Below, piece by piece: positions 27,201 through 39,362 of a stretch of DNA of 64,000 nucleotides. Position 1 is the first letter of the stretch. The number at the start of each line of letters is the position of its first letter. The position numbers were made by a program, and so were the translations under genes. The notes beneath the pieces were generated by a model. The model saw only the letters and a list, made by a program, of their open reading frames with translations. It did not search any database and was not told the origin of the DNA. Source of the DNA: Phoronis australis (taxonomy: Eukaryota; Animalia; Phoronida); the NCBI GenBank assembly GCA_002633005.1, contig NMRA01000012.1:186001-250000 (forward strand), read 5' to 3'.

Positions 27201-28825
27201 TTTAACATCGCCACCACCCTTTATTCGCTTACAAGAACAACGGTGTAGCATTACCGTGATATCGTTATAGAAACTTTTGCAACCGCATAGCCTTCGCTAA
27301 AAGGATAGAAAATCTGTACTTTTTGGTGTGACTTGTCTACGAGATACACCTAGTTCTATACAGGAACTCGATGTTGCAACTGCTTTTCTGTCGAACACGA
27401 CTTTTTGTTTGTCTACACTTTTCGGGGGTAGCCCTTGTCAGGAATTAGGCAGGGGCCTCCGTTTTGGATCGGTTGATGTAACAAGTGTCTTGTCATAGCG
27501 AAGATTTGACAGTAAAAACAAAATAATGCTGATATTTATGGTCCATCTACAGATATGAATACGTATAATCCATTTAGGCATATACGCACGTGAGTTTCTA
27601 TACTAAATCTTAGAGTAGTACGAATCGACAAAAATCATTTACGCGTCCGCGAAGGATGATTTGTTTGCGTTTATATTTGACTCATTTGATTGTGGAAAAG
27701 TAGATATGCCACTGAGCTGACAGAACTAGTGTGTGCAAGTCGAAAAATCTGGTTCGTTTTCATTAAATCCGGCAACCTGCTGACGAGTGAAGTTCATGGC
27801 ATTGTTTTGTGGAGACATGCGTGGTGACTTTGTATATCTAGCAAAGTACTTATAAACGAACTCCTGGTGAAACGACCGTGTAAGTTTTAACAATTGTACA
27901 TACCCCTTGGTGATAATTATTCGATCATTACTTGATGTCTCTTTGTTGTCCACACGGGTAACTGAGCTTTATATTAAAATGAATATATTTTATTTAAACT
28001 TCTGCAACATACTAGTGCCTGGTACAAATCTCCTCGATGACATCTATGTCTTCAGTTCTTGTCATTGGCAATCTTATCTTGAACGTCTTCTTTTTATGAA
28101 CAATATCTTTTTAATGCAAACTCGTTCTAAAACAAATAGAATAGTATAATCAATTGTGTTGTTTTACTTAATCCATGCTGCAGCGTATCCGTTTCTAACC
28201 GGCGAAAATGAATTGAAAAATTCTTTCTTTAGGCTCAATGCAGTATGACAGATGCACGTCTGTCAACTACTTACACACAGGTAAATATGAAATCGATGTG
28301 TTTCTTCGGAATTGACGTCTTTCCTTAAACCTGTTAAGACGAAAAGCTGTAAACATCGCGAGGAAATTGCCATTGACTGAACCGTCAGGCATATTTATGA
28401 CTAAGAAATCCTCGGCCAAGCAATCCATATATAACGATAGACGCGTTTGAATACATATGCAGCAGTAGGAAAACGGGAAACAACCTCGTGGGCGGGTGAA
28501 GTCTTGTGTGGAATTTTGCAGAACAACTCGACTTGGCAGTTGCTCGACAGAATAATTACGAAGGAGCGCGAGTAATGGGAGGAACTCATTACACGTGTTC
28601 ATGTGAAACAAAATGACCAAAATCAAGAATCAGTTTAATACACATTCTTTAACAAACAGAGACTTTCTCATTATTGTATGTTATCTTCTTGTTTTGCTTT
28701 CCTGGGGAAGAATTATGAATATTGTAAATATTTTATTAACTCATAAACTCACCTGGGATTCCAGTTTGTAAGTACAAAAATAGCACTGCAAGTTGGTCTG
28801 TTGTCGATGATAAATTACTGAACGC

Positions 28826-28998
28826 CAGGGCCCGGTCTCCAATCTCCGTACTCAGACTCATACTCATACTCGAGATTTCATACTCAAAATCGTGCTCACT
28901 GGAGTCGTACTCAAAAAAGCGTATCTAATGTCGTATTTCGAGTAGACTCCAAACGTACTCAAATCTGACTCTCATACTCGAGTTGCTATGGAACTCTT
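28826..28998. mobile_element. MITE end with reiterated TACTC motifs, cut off at the N at 28999
   Basis: cagggcccggt start followed by many actc/tactc subrepeats. Confidence 0.45.
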
Positions 28999-29861
28999 NT
29001 GGGTAACACCAATGACGTCACGACGTCGTGTGTCGCTTTGGCATTCTTGAACACTGTTGTTGACCACAATCAAGATTCAAATTTATCCATCCCAGCAGAT
29101 AACACAGCTCAGCTAAAGAAATACTGGAGGTTAGAACGAACTTATCTATTATAGTGACATGTGTTAAATATGTTTAAACAGTTTATTCAATATTTGGAGA
29201 ATAACACTCAGCCAATTGGGTTTATAAGTCACTGTTAGCAATTAAACAACGCCTGCCTTTCAAAAAAGCATTGTGTGTAAAACAGAAAGCTCTCTGAACA
29301 GATTAACCAATAAAAGGTTTATTTTATCCGATTATGATGTTCATTCATATTGAAATGTCTTCTTGCGCAGAATCCTTATTGGATCTTACAGCATTTTTGA
29401 ATTGTCGTCATTATGCTCTGTGGCTCTCCTAACAAAGAGATACTATTATTTGCCCGAATAATTTACTTAACCATGTCTCACAAATATAATAATTATCTGA
29501 AACTCTCTTGGTGTTCAAATAGTCATGCGACGGCAGAGGACTGGCCATCAATGGGTAGTGCTTTTGATCACATCAAATTGTTAATTGATGTTTATAAATA
29601 CCAGGATAGGATATCAGGGATAACTTGTAATAAATGACGACACGCTTGATAACCCTCTTATTCACGTCGTTATGAATAACAAATCAGTGATAATTATATG
29701 TATCCCATGTGCTACCATAATGAGACGACCTTTTGACTCGTTTCAGAATTTGGAGCGTGATCGCAAGACAAAGAACTGAGTTTGTTCAGATCTGTGGAAG
29801 CAAGTGGCTTTGGTCAGTTGAAAACATAAAAACCACTGTAAGTTAGTTAACCATAATCAGA

Positions 29862-30863
29862 ATGCACGTGGAAATATCTGTGGCGTACAACTTCATGCTG
29901 TCGTATCTATATAACAAGCTACCAAGAAGACGAGTTGATACATTTGGAGAAGAATTAGAGAAGGGTATTAAAAAGAAATTTGAAGGACATTGGTACCCTG
30001 ACAAACCATTCAAAGGATCTGCGTTCAGATGTATTCGTTTCTCGGGTGAGAAAGTCGATCCCGTTGTGATATACGCCGCCGTAAGCAGCGGATTGGACAT
30101 AAACGAAGTCAAGACCTATCTTCCGGCTGATCTGTGTGTATGGATAGATCCCGGTGAAGTGTCTTACAGAGTCGGCGAAAAGGGTGCTGAGAAGATTCTG
30201 CATTCGGACAAATCCGATAAGAGCGATGAAAGTTCATCGTCACATCTCGATAAAGAGATCCAAGCTGCCAACAAGGGTTTTAATCCTGAAGCTCAGTCTT
30301 TCAAGCCAATTGATTCTCTATCCTCGAGTTTGAGCAGTCTCAGCATATCTCCGTCGTCGCCCACATCCAGCGGCTCTTGGGGCAGCTCACCACCACTAGG
30401 AGGATTTAGCACCAGCCCTCAACCATTCCCTCCTCGCGCGCCTGCCAACCAAACGACCATGACGACGGCCATGTTTGCACAGACAAAGTTTGGATCGACG
30501 AAGCTGAAGTCGACTGCCAAAAGACCGAATAGACTTCCAACGGCAGATCTGAGACCACGCCAAATGATGAATCCCGGTATGTTCCAAGGACGGCCAAGGT
30601 CGTTGTCCCCGAGAGATCAGGCCGCCATGCAGCAGCAGCAACAACGCATGCTTACTATTCAACAGTTTCCGGGAGGACTATCCCCGGTCTCCCCTATGGC
30701 TGAAATGTATTTTCCACAGCAGGGTTTCGTTGAAATGTCTCCTGTTACTAACGGGCACCCCATGAGTGGATTGCCATCTCCTGCTGACAATTCTAAAGCC
30801 ATGTTAGAATTGGCAGCAATGGCCTATCCTAATCACTATCCTCACATGCTTCTGGCAAGCTAA
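29862..30863 (+). CDS. Tob: Tob protein (BTG/Tob antiproliferative family; CAF1-deadenylase and PABP adaptor), 333 aa, single coding exon
   Basis: [18 protein letters not shown]; box [20 protein letters not shown]; box [21 protein letters not shown]; PAM2 [10 protein letters not shown]; Tob-specific [12 protein letters not shown]; Q/P-rich tail. Confidence 0.98.
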   Translation: MHVEISVAYNFMLSYLYNKLPRRRVDTFGEELEKGIKKKFEGHWYPDKPFKGSAFRCIRFSGEKVDPVVIYAAVSSGLDINEVKTYLPADLCVWIDPGEVSYRVGEKGAEKILHSDKSDKSDESSSSHLDKEIQAANKGFNPEAQSFKPIDSLSSSLSSLSISPSSPTSSGSWGSSPPLGGFSTSPQPFPPRAPANQTTMTTAMFAQTKFGSTKLKSTAKRPNRLPTADLRPRQMMNPGMFQGRPRSLSPRDQAAMQQQQQRMLTIQQFPGGLSPVSPMAEMYFPQQGFVEMSPVTNGHPMSGLPSPADNSKAMLELAAMAYPNHYPHMLLAS

Positions 30864-32446
30864 ATGAGGATTTTTTGTTAACAAGATTTAAGTAATATTT
30901 TTATAAAAAAATAAAAATGCAAATTATATGTAAGCTATTCCAACGTCTTCAGTCAGCGTACAGGTGTACTACTATTTGGAGATTCATGTTAGTCGTGCGA
31001 TGGTGTAGTGCCGTTCGTTTGTTTGTTTTTGATATTTATTTTATTTAAAAATCCATTTGCCTTCAATTGTAAAATATGTCTATTTGAAGCATATCAGATA
31101 GGTATGTACTGATGGGTTTTGAGTTTCTTTTTCATATTTGACCTTTTAACGAATAGCGAAAGAAGTCATATACACAACGGGATTGTGGGATACTAGTTAT
31201 ATCAAGCAGCACCGCCAGCAGTCGTCATGATCGAACAATCTGTAGAGCTCACTTCATTTTAGCACTTTTTCAAGCAGCCACAAGTTCAGTTATCGTAGGT
31301 GTGGGTAGACTGGTAGCATCCATCCAAACTCAACTGCCAGCTTACCAGCGTGACACTATCCGAATTTTGGACAGGAAGACTAATATCCTACAAATCTTTG
31401 ACATGGGATGCGTGCGCATCGATTTTCACTGTCCGTAGAAGGTCTACTTAGGAATGACCCGGTGATGATTATGCCTCGAGTGTTCATTCATTCGTTCACT
31501 CTGCTTCATACCTCCATATGCTGCACGGAAGTGTTTGATACTAAAGAGTATTGACGTATTGCATTCTTTCGTCTAATGTTAAATCGCCTACGCATGGCTA
31601 ACAAACTCTTGTCTGCCAACTAAATGTAAAACTTAAAATTAGTTTTCTAGAAACTAGAAAAATGGCAGATCGTTACAATTAGGCCAAAGTTAGTACTTCA
31701 GATTATTTCTCTGTGACCGGGTATTTTCGAAGAGGTAAACTCTTTATGCATCGATTTAGTTTCTTAGCAACAATTTAAAAGCTGTCGTAGACTATCCTTC
31801 ATTACTGGAACGCCTGTAACCAACGTAGTGACGTCAGCGGGTGCCTCCTTTCAATAAATAACCGGCAACTTTTTTCAATAGCCTCGACTGTCGCTCGATA
31901 TTTTGGATTCCGTAATGCATTGCTTTTGTAGATTAATTAAGCGCCCGCATTGACTTGGACGTTGTACATGTAGGCCTACATAAACATGAATGTTTCTAAA
32001 ATGCATGAATAAGTAATCTGACAGGATAGCTGCGATTCATTTGAAACACCGTGATTTCAGATGTAGTGGCAACTCATTAACGAACCTGCGATTGTTATGC
32101 TCGTGTAGGTTATACGGTTAAACCATATTTTTCTGATGTGCAGTGACATATTTTTTTTCATTACTGCTCGAGCACCCATTACCAGTAATATATTCTTTTC
32201 CCTTGTTTATGTAATTAAAATTGCCTGTCTGACCTTTTGGAACATAACAAAATACACCCTATCGTCAATTTTCACTGGTGCGTCGAATCCCTACGGAGCT
32301 TGCCAAAGGTAGCCCGAAACGTTCGACCTCAGATTTGCCAACTAGTGCTTGTGGTATTCACATGAACAAACGCGGCAGACAAAAATATTCCTTAATGAAC
32401 ACATATTGTTTTGTACTCGCTACTCTTATTGGTGTCATGAAATAAA
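30864..32446 (+). promoter_or_regulatory. Tob 3'UTR candidate with an AU-rich tract (tatttattttattta near 31033) and AATAAA signals near 31853 and 32441
   Basis: motifs seen directly; the true transcript end is unknown. Confidence 0.45.
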
Positions 32447-35142
32447 CGTAAGAATGCTTTGCACAAGCACTCATTTAGTCCTGCAGGGAAAATGATGGCT
32501 TGTTATTAACGTGATTCGAACTAAGGGTAATATTTGATTCTTCGAAAGCGTGACAGGGGTGACCTTACAAAGCTGTCTGAAAGTAGACGACTGTATTGTA
32601 TAGTGTGACTTTTGAATGATCTTATCTACAGTACAGAGAGCAAGTTTGTAAACCTTTGGAAACCGTGACATTTTCGTCAACAATGTGTCATTTTAATATC
32701 AGAAATGCTTGTCGGATCTCGGGGCTGACATTTTATTTTTCGGTTTCCTGCTGGATATGTGGAGCTTTATTACCTACTTATCCGGGCAAGTTACACGCAT
32801 GTACCAAAACTGTGTCAGTGACCCTGTAATTCGTCTCATGCCACCCTAAATTGGTCATGCTACACAGCGAATTTAAAACGGGTGATTTAATAGTAATTTC
32901 AATGATATAAATTGTAATATATAACTTTAGTTGATACACATATTCACTGCTGTGGTCCAATGTAAATAGAAAGCGGGTGTCTGCAGGTGTTCGATTTCTA
33001 CACACGCAGCTCAGTACAGAATTTTAGAAAGTTAGCCCCCATGTGGAACTTAAATTGATCTAGATATCCATGATCAGAGTTTACATTTATTGCGAGTCAA
33101 ACTAGGGTCCGTTCCGCGAAAATGCAAGATCACACAAGACCACGCAAAATCAGGCGAGTGAAATACAAGTATTTTGGAAGTACTCTCGAGGCCTCAGTAG
33201 CGTGCACGAGGACAATGATGGCTACTGAAATGGTTAGTCGGTGACAATAGAATGTTGCTGTACGGGGTAGAAATCATCGTTTCAGTTCCATAAGCAAGCA
33301 TTCTCGTCGCAAGTGTCTCGCGGGTGTCTTACTTGTATGGAACACAACCCTGAACTGATTTAATTCAAATGAAGTCTCGACCAGACCCGTGAGTTCATAT
33401 TGAAATACACCCTGCCGAATTGTACATCCATCAGTGCAGAATATTATTTAACCTCTGGAATATCGCACGTAAAAATACGGTTCGAATACTGTCAAACCAA
33501 CGATCGTAGGTGAAACAAATTTTACTATTGGTCCCATTCTGTTCACCGCCAACGACATTCTATTACGTTAACTACTTCACTTATAACTATTGTTGAGTGT
33601 TGGATGTATGTTTGCTGACTTAGGATTTTCTTTGGCGCTGTATTTTGTGAGCAGTCCAGGGCTTTTCGCACTTGTCTAATTAATTTTCTCTACATACGCA
33701 TCGAGTATGTGCGGAAGACGCTTGCTACTCTAGTCACGTTTATCTTTTCCTAGTTAATGAGGTGCACTGGAAATGTTTTTGAACTTGAAAGATGTCAAAC
33801 CTTTGAGATGATTGCCGGTAACGGCTAAAGAATGTGATAAAAGAATGCCTTCAGAAGGCAACTTGTGTAAAGGTTATTTTTTCATGTCCTAAGTATTTAA
33901 CTCCTAGATGTGTTGAAGTAACATGTATTATCATGCGATGCTAATATTGTCATATACTAATCTATTAATTCTGATTTATCCTGAACATGTTTGTGCATCA
34001 TCGCGTTGTATAGTGTAAAGGTTATCCCTAGAAATGGATTGATCCCCATGTTACCAGCATCTTTCTCAGTTGTTTGAACAAAACTAACAACATGTTGGCC
34101 GGCTGCCGCACGCAGCTGCCTGATAACAATATCTGTCGTCTGCTACAGCGGCGACGCTAAGAGCACTCTCTAACCCAGTCATGACCCACGTACATTTCGG
34201 TATTGAAAATAGAAATTAACATTATCGTGAACAATTTTCGAACTTGCAATGCGATGCTCCCCGGTATAGGTTGTGCTGAGCAGACATGCTAGCTAGTGTT
34301 AACAGACAAGCCAATATGGCAGCGACTTCGGTTTCCGCAAACCATTGGCGATTAATCCATATATAATTTGTGTTTGGTAAAAGTTTTTCTATTCGTTCAG
34401 TATGTATGTTTCTTACTTTGGCTACTAAGGTAAAGGTATATATTTTATACTTTTCATGGTTACATGATGGGTTTTTAATTCTTTGTATATTTAATGTTTA
34501 ATTTTTATATGTGTACTATATTTATACATCTTTTAGAGGTGTCTAAAAGTTTGTAATGGGAATCGCGCTTAGGGAGCATAGCTTTACGTAGCAGTACTAA
34601 TAAACAAATTGACGTCATGTTGCCTGTCGAAACGATTATGTGGTAATTTTAGAAATGGCTTTTTACTCGAAGCATTTGCAGGACCTCTCCCAAGGTCATC
34701 GTAGGTTGAAGGAAAAATGGGAGGGGTTAAAATGTTCCTAGTAAATTCAACGCCTGCACCAGATTGATTCTTGTTCGATTTATTTACCTCTTTTAAGCAT
34801 TGAAGTGTAGAAATTCATACAAAATGGTGTGTTGTTTTTGGCATAAGGTGTGGATGATCTGGTAAAGATCACTTACTATAATTCGACAATGCAGTCGTGT
34901 ATGAACTACATGTATAGCGTGCAATATTCTTAATAAACATGAAAATTACGACCTTATCCCAAGATGAAATTTATATTGTTACGTATTTTTAAGTTTGTAA
35001 TAAAATTTCATTGTCAGTTCTTACAGTTAACCACGCCTTTTTCTTTTATTGCACTTGATAATTATGTGGACTAATAACGGACATTATAACTGAGTACCGT
35101 CAAAATTATAGGTAATGATGCCGCATTGCACTTTACTCAGAC

Positions 35143-35514
35143 TTAAAAGGATACCAAACCCGGTTTTGGCCTGTAAACAAATACTAAAAACGACTTTCCC
35201 ATCCAGTGCCTTGAAACAAAATAATGCTCTGTAACCCTTGACAACACCGGAAAGTTTATATAGGGGAAAATTTGAAAACTCCTTTTGAAGTCTGCTAAAC
35301 GGGCAAGCGTAACCTACGCTTTTAGCGAATTACACGGCAATTGTGGGAAAAGATCACTCACCAAAGACCATAATATCCCATCTGCGACATAGGGAGTATG
35401 AGTTTTTAGTCGATTCCTGCTTTTAACTTGGAAGATTGTCGCCAATGATGCATTAGCAGGCGACAGAACGAATGTTGGTGAATATCGTCAAAACAGAGTT
35501 TAGTATCCTTCTAA
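35143..35514. mobile_element. TTAA-type (Kolobok-like) MITE
   Basis: ttaaaaggataccaaaccc at the left end and gagtttagtatccttctaa at the right form a 19-bp imperfect TIR. Confidence 0.55.
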
Positions 35515-36224
35515 GCACCCCATTCACTCGAACTCGCCATTCACAACTAACTCGGCTTTTATCCTAAACAGCACGCGAACAATTTCGGACGGAGTCACGA
35601 GCCATCATATTTTAGAGAATTTAGAACATAGGCGGATTTAAGAGGGCTTCTTGACCTTCACGAGCCACTTAGTACCAAGAGCATTTTCCTTTGAAAATTG
35701 TCGCTACATCCTGGATCAGCCACTGAGGATAAGATGGTAGACTCCGTGGTTGTCCAAACAGTTTGCAGAAGTATAAGTTCACTTGTGGCCTTGTTTGGAC
35801 CCACAAATCATAAGATAGGTTCTTGAAAATTGCTTGATTCTGCACCCCAGTAATCTCGAACTCTCCCCTCCTCCCAACAATTTGGTCTAGTGACGTCCGA
35901 TTTTGACATTAATGAAAAAGTAATAATTTTGGATATGATGCACGTGCGTCACAAACTCTCTGCTGGCTACGCTCGTGCTTTTGTTCTAGACCCATGCATG
36001 CAGCAAGATCACACACCTTTCGAATTTTTTCACCTCTGTGTTTACGCTGCAAAGTTGAAGCAAACGACCAAAACATTTTATAGTGACCAACAGCTATTGT
36101 AGAGTCATGGCAAACAAACAAATTATTGGATGAAAAAAATTCTAGTTTGTTCGTATGCAGCAAGGCTCGATTTTTGAAACTGCATTTCCCCCTCGTGTTG
36201 CCAAAATATGGAAATCGTAAACGA

Positions 36225-37117
36225 CAGTGGCGGATCTAGGATATCATAAGGGGGGGGGCAACAAAATGCGCAAATCACGATTGTAGATGCGCATGCCACC
36301 GGATGAGGGAGGTCGGGAGGGGTTTCCCACACGGAGAACGTGTCAAACTGGAAAAACTTCAATTATCACGGAATCTAACTCACGACTTGGCTGACAGAGC
36401 GCGCGTGCTTTGCCAAGGCACCACCACGAATCACGATTCACTTGAAATAATATACTACGAGATCTAGTTGTTTATGGTCCACAGGGTTTGCGAGCGAAAC
36501 CTACTTCTTTTTGTAATGTTTATTACACGTTCTGTATTTTGTCCAATCAATTCGTAACAACATTTGTTGTATTTAAAATAGTCTTCAATTGCCCAAAAGA
36601 CCAAATCCGTTTTCTGTATTGGCATTATAACGCGACTGCTTTGGAAATCGTCTAGGGTTTGACAAAGAGAGAATTATGAGTTTCGGAGTGATTCACTAAG
36701 GCTTCGATTAAAATTCACATCTTACCAGCAGCTTCTGTTTTTTCATCGTCACTCAGATTTCATTGTCTTTAAAGTAATTTTCTTCATTGCATAGTAGAGC
36801 AGACGACGGAAACGGAGTCGTAGCGTGCAGCGCCACTGCCGGTCGCGGGAGAGCCATTACTTCGTTCTAGCCGTAGTTCCGCCCGTTGTCCGAATCTGAC
36901 ACTTGAAATTGGATCTGAGCCCCACCCCCCCCCCCAAAAAAAAAAACAAAAAACACTAAAACTGCACACATTTAAATCTTGTTTCAGCCGTATAGTGTTA
37001 CTTACCGGGGTTAATTAATAAACTCAATATTTCCCTACGCTCTTGCTGTTTTATTTTTTGCGGCAGCCAATTAAGGGGAGGGGGGGCGGGCCCCCTGCTC
37101 CCCCTAAATCCGCCAAG
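36225..37117. mobile_element. Non-autonomous element of about 0.9 kb with CAGTGGCGGAT...ATCCGCC termini, copy 1
   Basis: colinear and highly similar to 47922-48871, e.g. tgttgtatttaaaatagtcttcaattgcccaaaagaccaaatcc. Confidence 0.9.
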
Positions 37118-37569
37118 TTACTAGGCTTATTATTTTTGAAAAACTGATGTCATGCTCAAAATTTCGCAATGGCATGTTTCAAATGAACACCAGCGCCCAC
37201 TTACGGAGGTGGTAGCCAACGTCATCGAAATTTCAGTGTTTCGTTTACTCCTCTTGAAATAAATGACGTGTGTTGATATTAGATAAAATGAGATAATGCA
37301 GAAGATGGTAAAACACTTTAAAAGTCGGTAAATGATTTTTATTCGAGTCTAATATGAGCGGCGCTTCATCAGCTATGACTGACAAATGGCGCGAAAGGCT
37401 AGTGTATTCTTTTACCGGATTTTTTAAAAAAGGCATCTTATCAGCTTCTGTGTCTATTCTTCTCATTTTCCAAAGCGCGCTGAATGATCCAAAGGAGATG
37501 CACATCAGTGTCCATCACAGGTTATGCATACGGTGATTGTAACAAATCAGCGCGAGATGTCCTTCCAGT

Positions 37570-37730
37570 TCTAACTCTGTAGATAGGCATTATAGACTTA
37601 GTAACTCTACCGATAGAGGTACTATGACTATTTATAAATATACTAAGCTTATCGATAAAGTTGGTAACTCTATAGACGGACTTAGTAACTTAAGCGATAG
37701 ACTTACTAAATCTATCGCTAGAGTTAGAAC
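37570..37730. repeat. Degenerate tandem array of an agtaactctatcgatagag-like unit
   Basis: repeated taactcta..gataga motifs. Confidence 0.5.
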
Positions 37731-38697
37731 ATTCTACTAAAGGAGGTGAACTACTGTATCAATACAGTCAATACTCAAGTGAGACTTGGGAAAATCCCTT
37801 GCTGACCTTTTACAACCACCATGCAAATATGTGTGTGACTGTTACAAGTAAACTCGCTTTTCGTCAACAAAGTAGCGCAAAGCCAATATGGGCACCGAGC
37901 AGAAGTCCTTCGCAAGCGTACCCGGTACACAGACTCTCTACGATGTATTTTGAACGCATTTCACTGAAACTGTTGCCATAGAACCGCATTACCAAAATGG
38001 GTCAAGAGAAGCAAACAAACTTTTGCATGCAGCGACAAATCCAAGATGACAAGCCATTAAAGCCCGTTCATGTATTATGCCAGCCCGCTGACAAGCCAAG
38101 CTTCATGCATGCGGGTGTCTGATCGATTCCGGCGAACAGGCACCGGGGTGGTCCAGCCTCGTCCTAAAGACTCAAGATGACGCTGATTGCTTTAGCCATT
38201 TGAGGCTTCATGGTTATTATGGGAAATGAAATGTGTCAGAATACTAACACATTTTTACGGAAATCGCCGGAATGTCAAGAGTAATATAAATATGGGTGAC
38301 GCAGCACTGAAATAGGTGGGGAAGGGGCTATAGCCCCTTACGGTGCACCACTTATGTGACCATGGGCGGTCCAGTACTCGTCTAGTTAAATAAATAGAAG
38401 GCTATTGCCCCCCAGACCCTTATGGTGCGCCGACCATGATAAAATGATATCAACTCTGAAATTTTCTGCAGTATAATATAAACTAACGGTATATTGGAGC
38501 AATTTAGGTCTAAATTATTGCAAAAATGATGCATTTTGAATCGAAAACAGATTAATTTCTATGATACTATAAATAAAAAAGAATTGAAAATAAGTACGCC
38601 AACAACCTTTACTTCAAATAATACCCAAAACAATGCCTTCTGCTTCATGAATGTCAGCAACAACGCCTCTGAAAATAATTAAATCTGCCTTTGTTTT

Positions 38698-39362
38698 AAT
38701 GGCGTCAAGGCAGCGGCCAATCATTCGCGCCAGAACCTATAACTTATCACATCACATTAGAAACAAAATTTAAGACGTCAGGACCGAAAATTAATCACGC
38801 CAAGATACAAAATTATTACATCAGGACAATTTCTTACCAGGAGTTGTTTCTTGCCAGTAGAAAATTTCATGTGAGGAGAAAATTTTTTGCCAGGAGAAAA
38901 TTTCATGCCAGAAGAAAATTTCATGCCAAGAGACCACGTGACAATGACGATCCGCTTTGCCTCCGTTATACTCAGCCGTATTAAAGTCTAGTGTGTCCAA
39001 CATTGGCTTCTGTTGTAAAACGTCAAACAAACGACAGAAATTCCACCTACTTATCTCGGTGATGTGACTCGCCATTTCTTTGAGGGGTCACGTGCTTGTG
39101 GATGGTCATATGGTCTCCTAGCATGAAATTTTCCTGACGTGAAATTTTCCTGACGTAATAAACTTTGTGTCATGATAAATTTTCGTTCCTGACGAGTTAA
39201 ATTTTGGTCCTGACGTGATGAAATATAGGTCCTGGCGCGATAGATTTTAGTTTTCAGTATATTTTTTGGTCCTGCAGAGAATTTAATTCTTGAATAGAAA
39301 ATTTGATTCCTGGAATTTTTCCGCTTTGGATTTCCAATCACTTGGCTTGTCACGACGCCATT
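38698..39362. mobile_element. Foldback/MITE-like element with long imperfect inverted arms and subrepeats of about 18 bp
   Basis: AATGGCGTC and GACGCCATT termini; gaaaatttcatgccag repeats on the left mirrored by ctgacgtgaaattttc on the right. Confidence 0.7.

Noticed and set aside
29843-30662. Antisense ORFs overlapping Tob
   Set aside because: Shadow frames of the real CDS
37340-37372. Hammerhead-ribozyme-like CTGATGA on the minus strand
   Set aside because: No proper stem II, GAAA core or flanking helices
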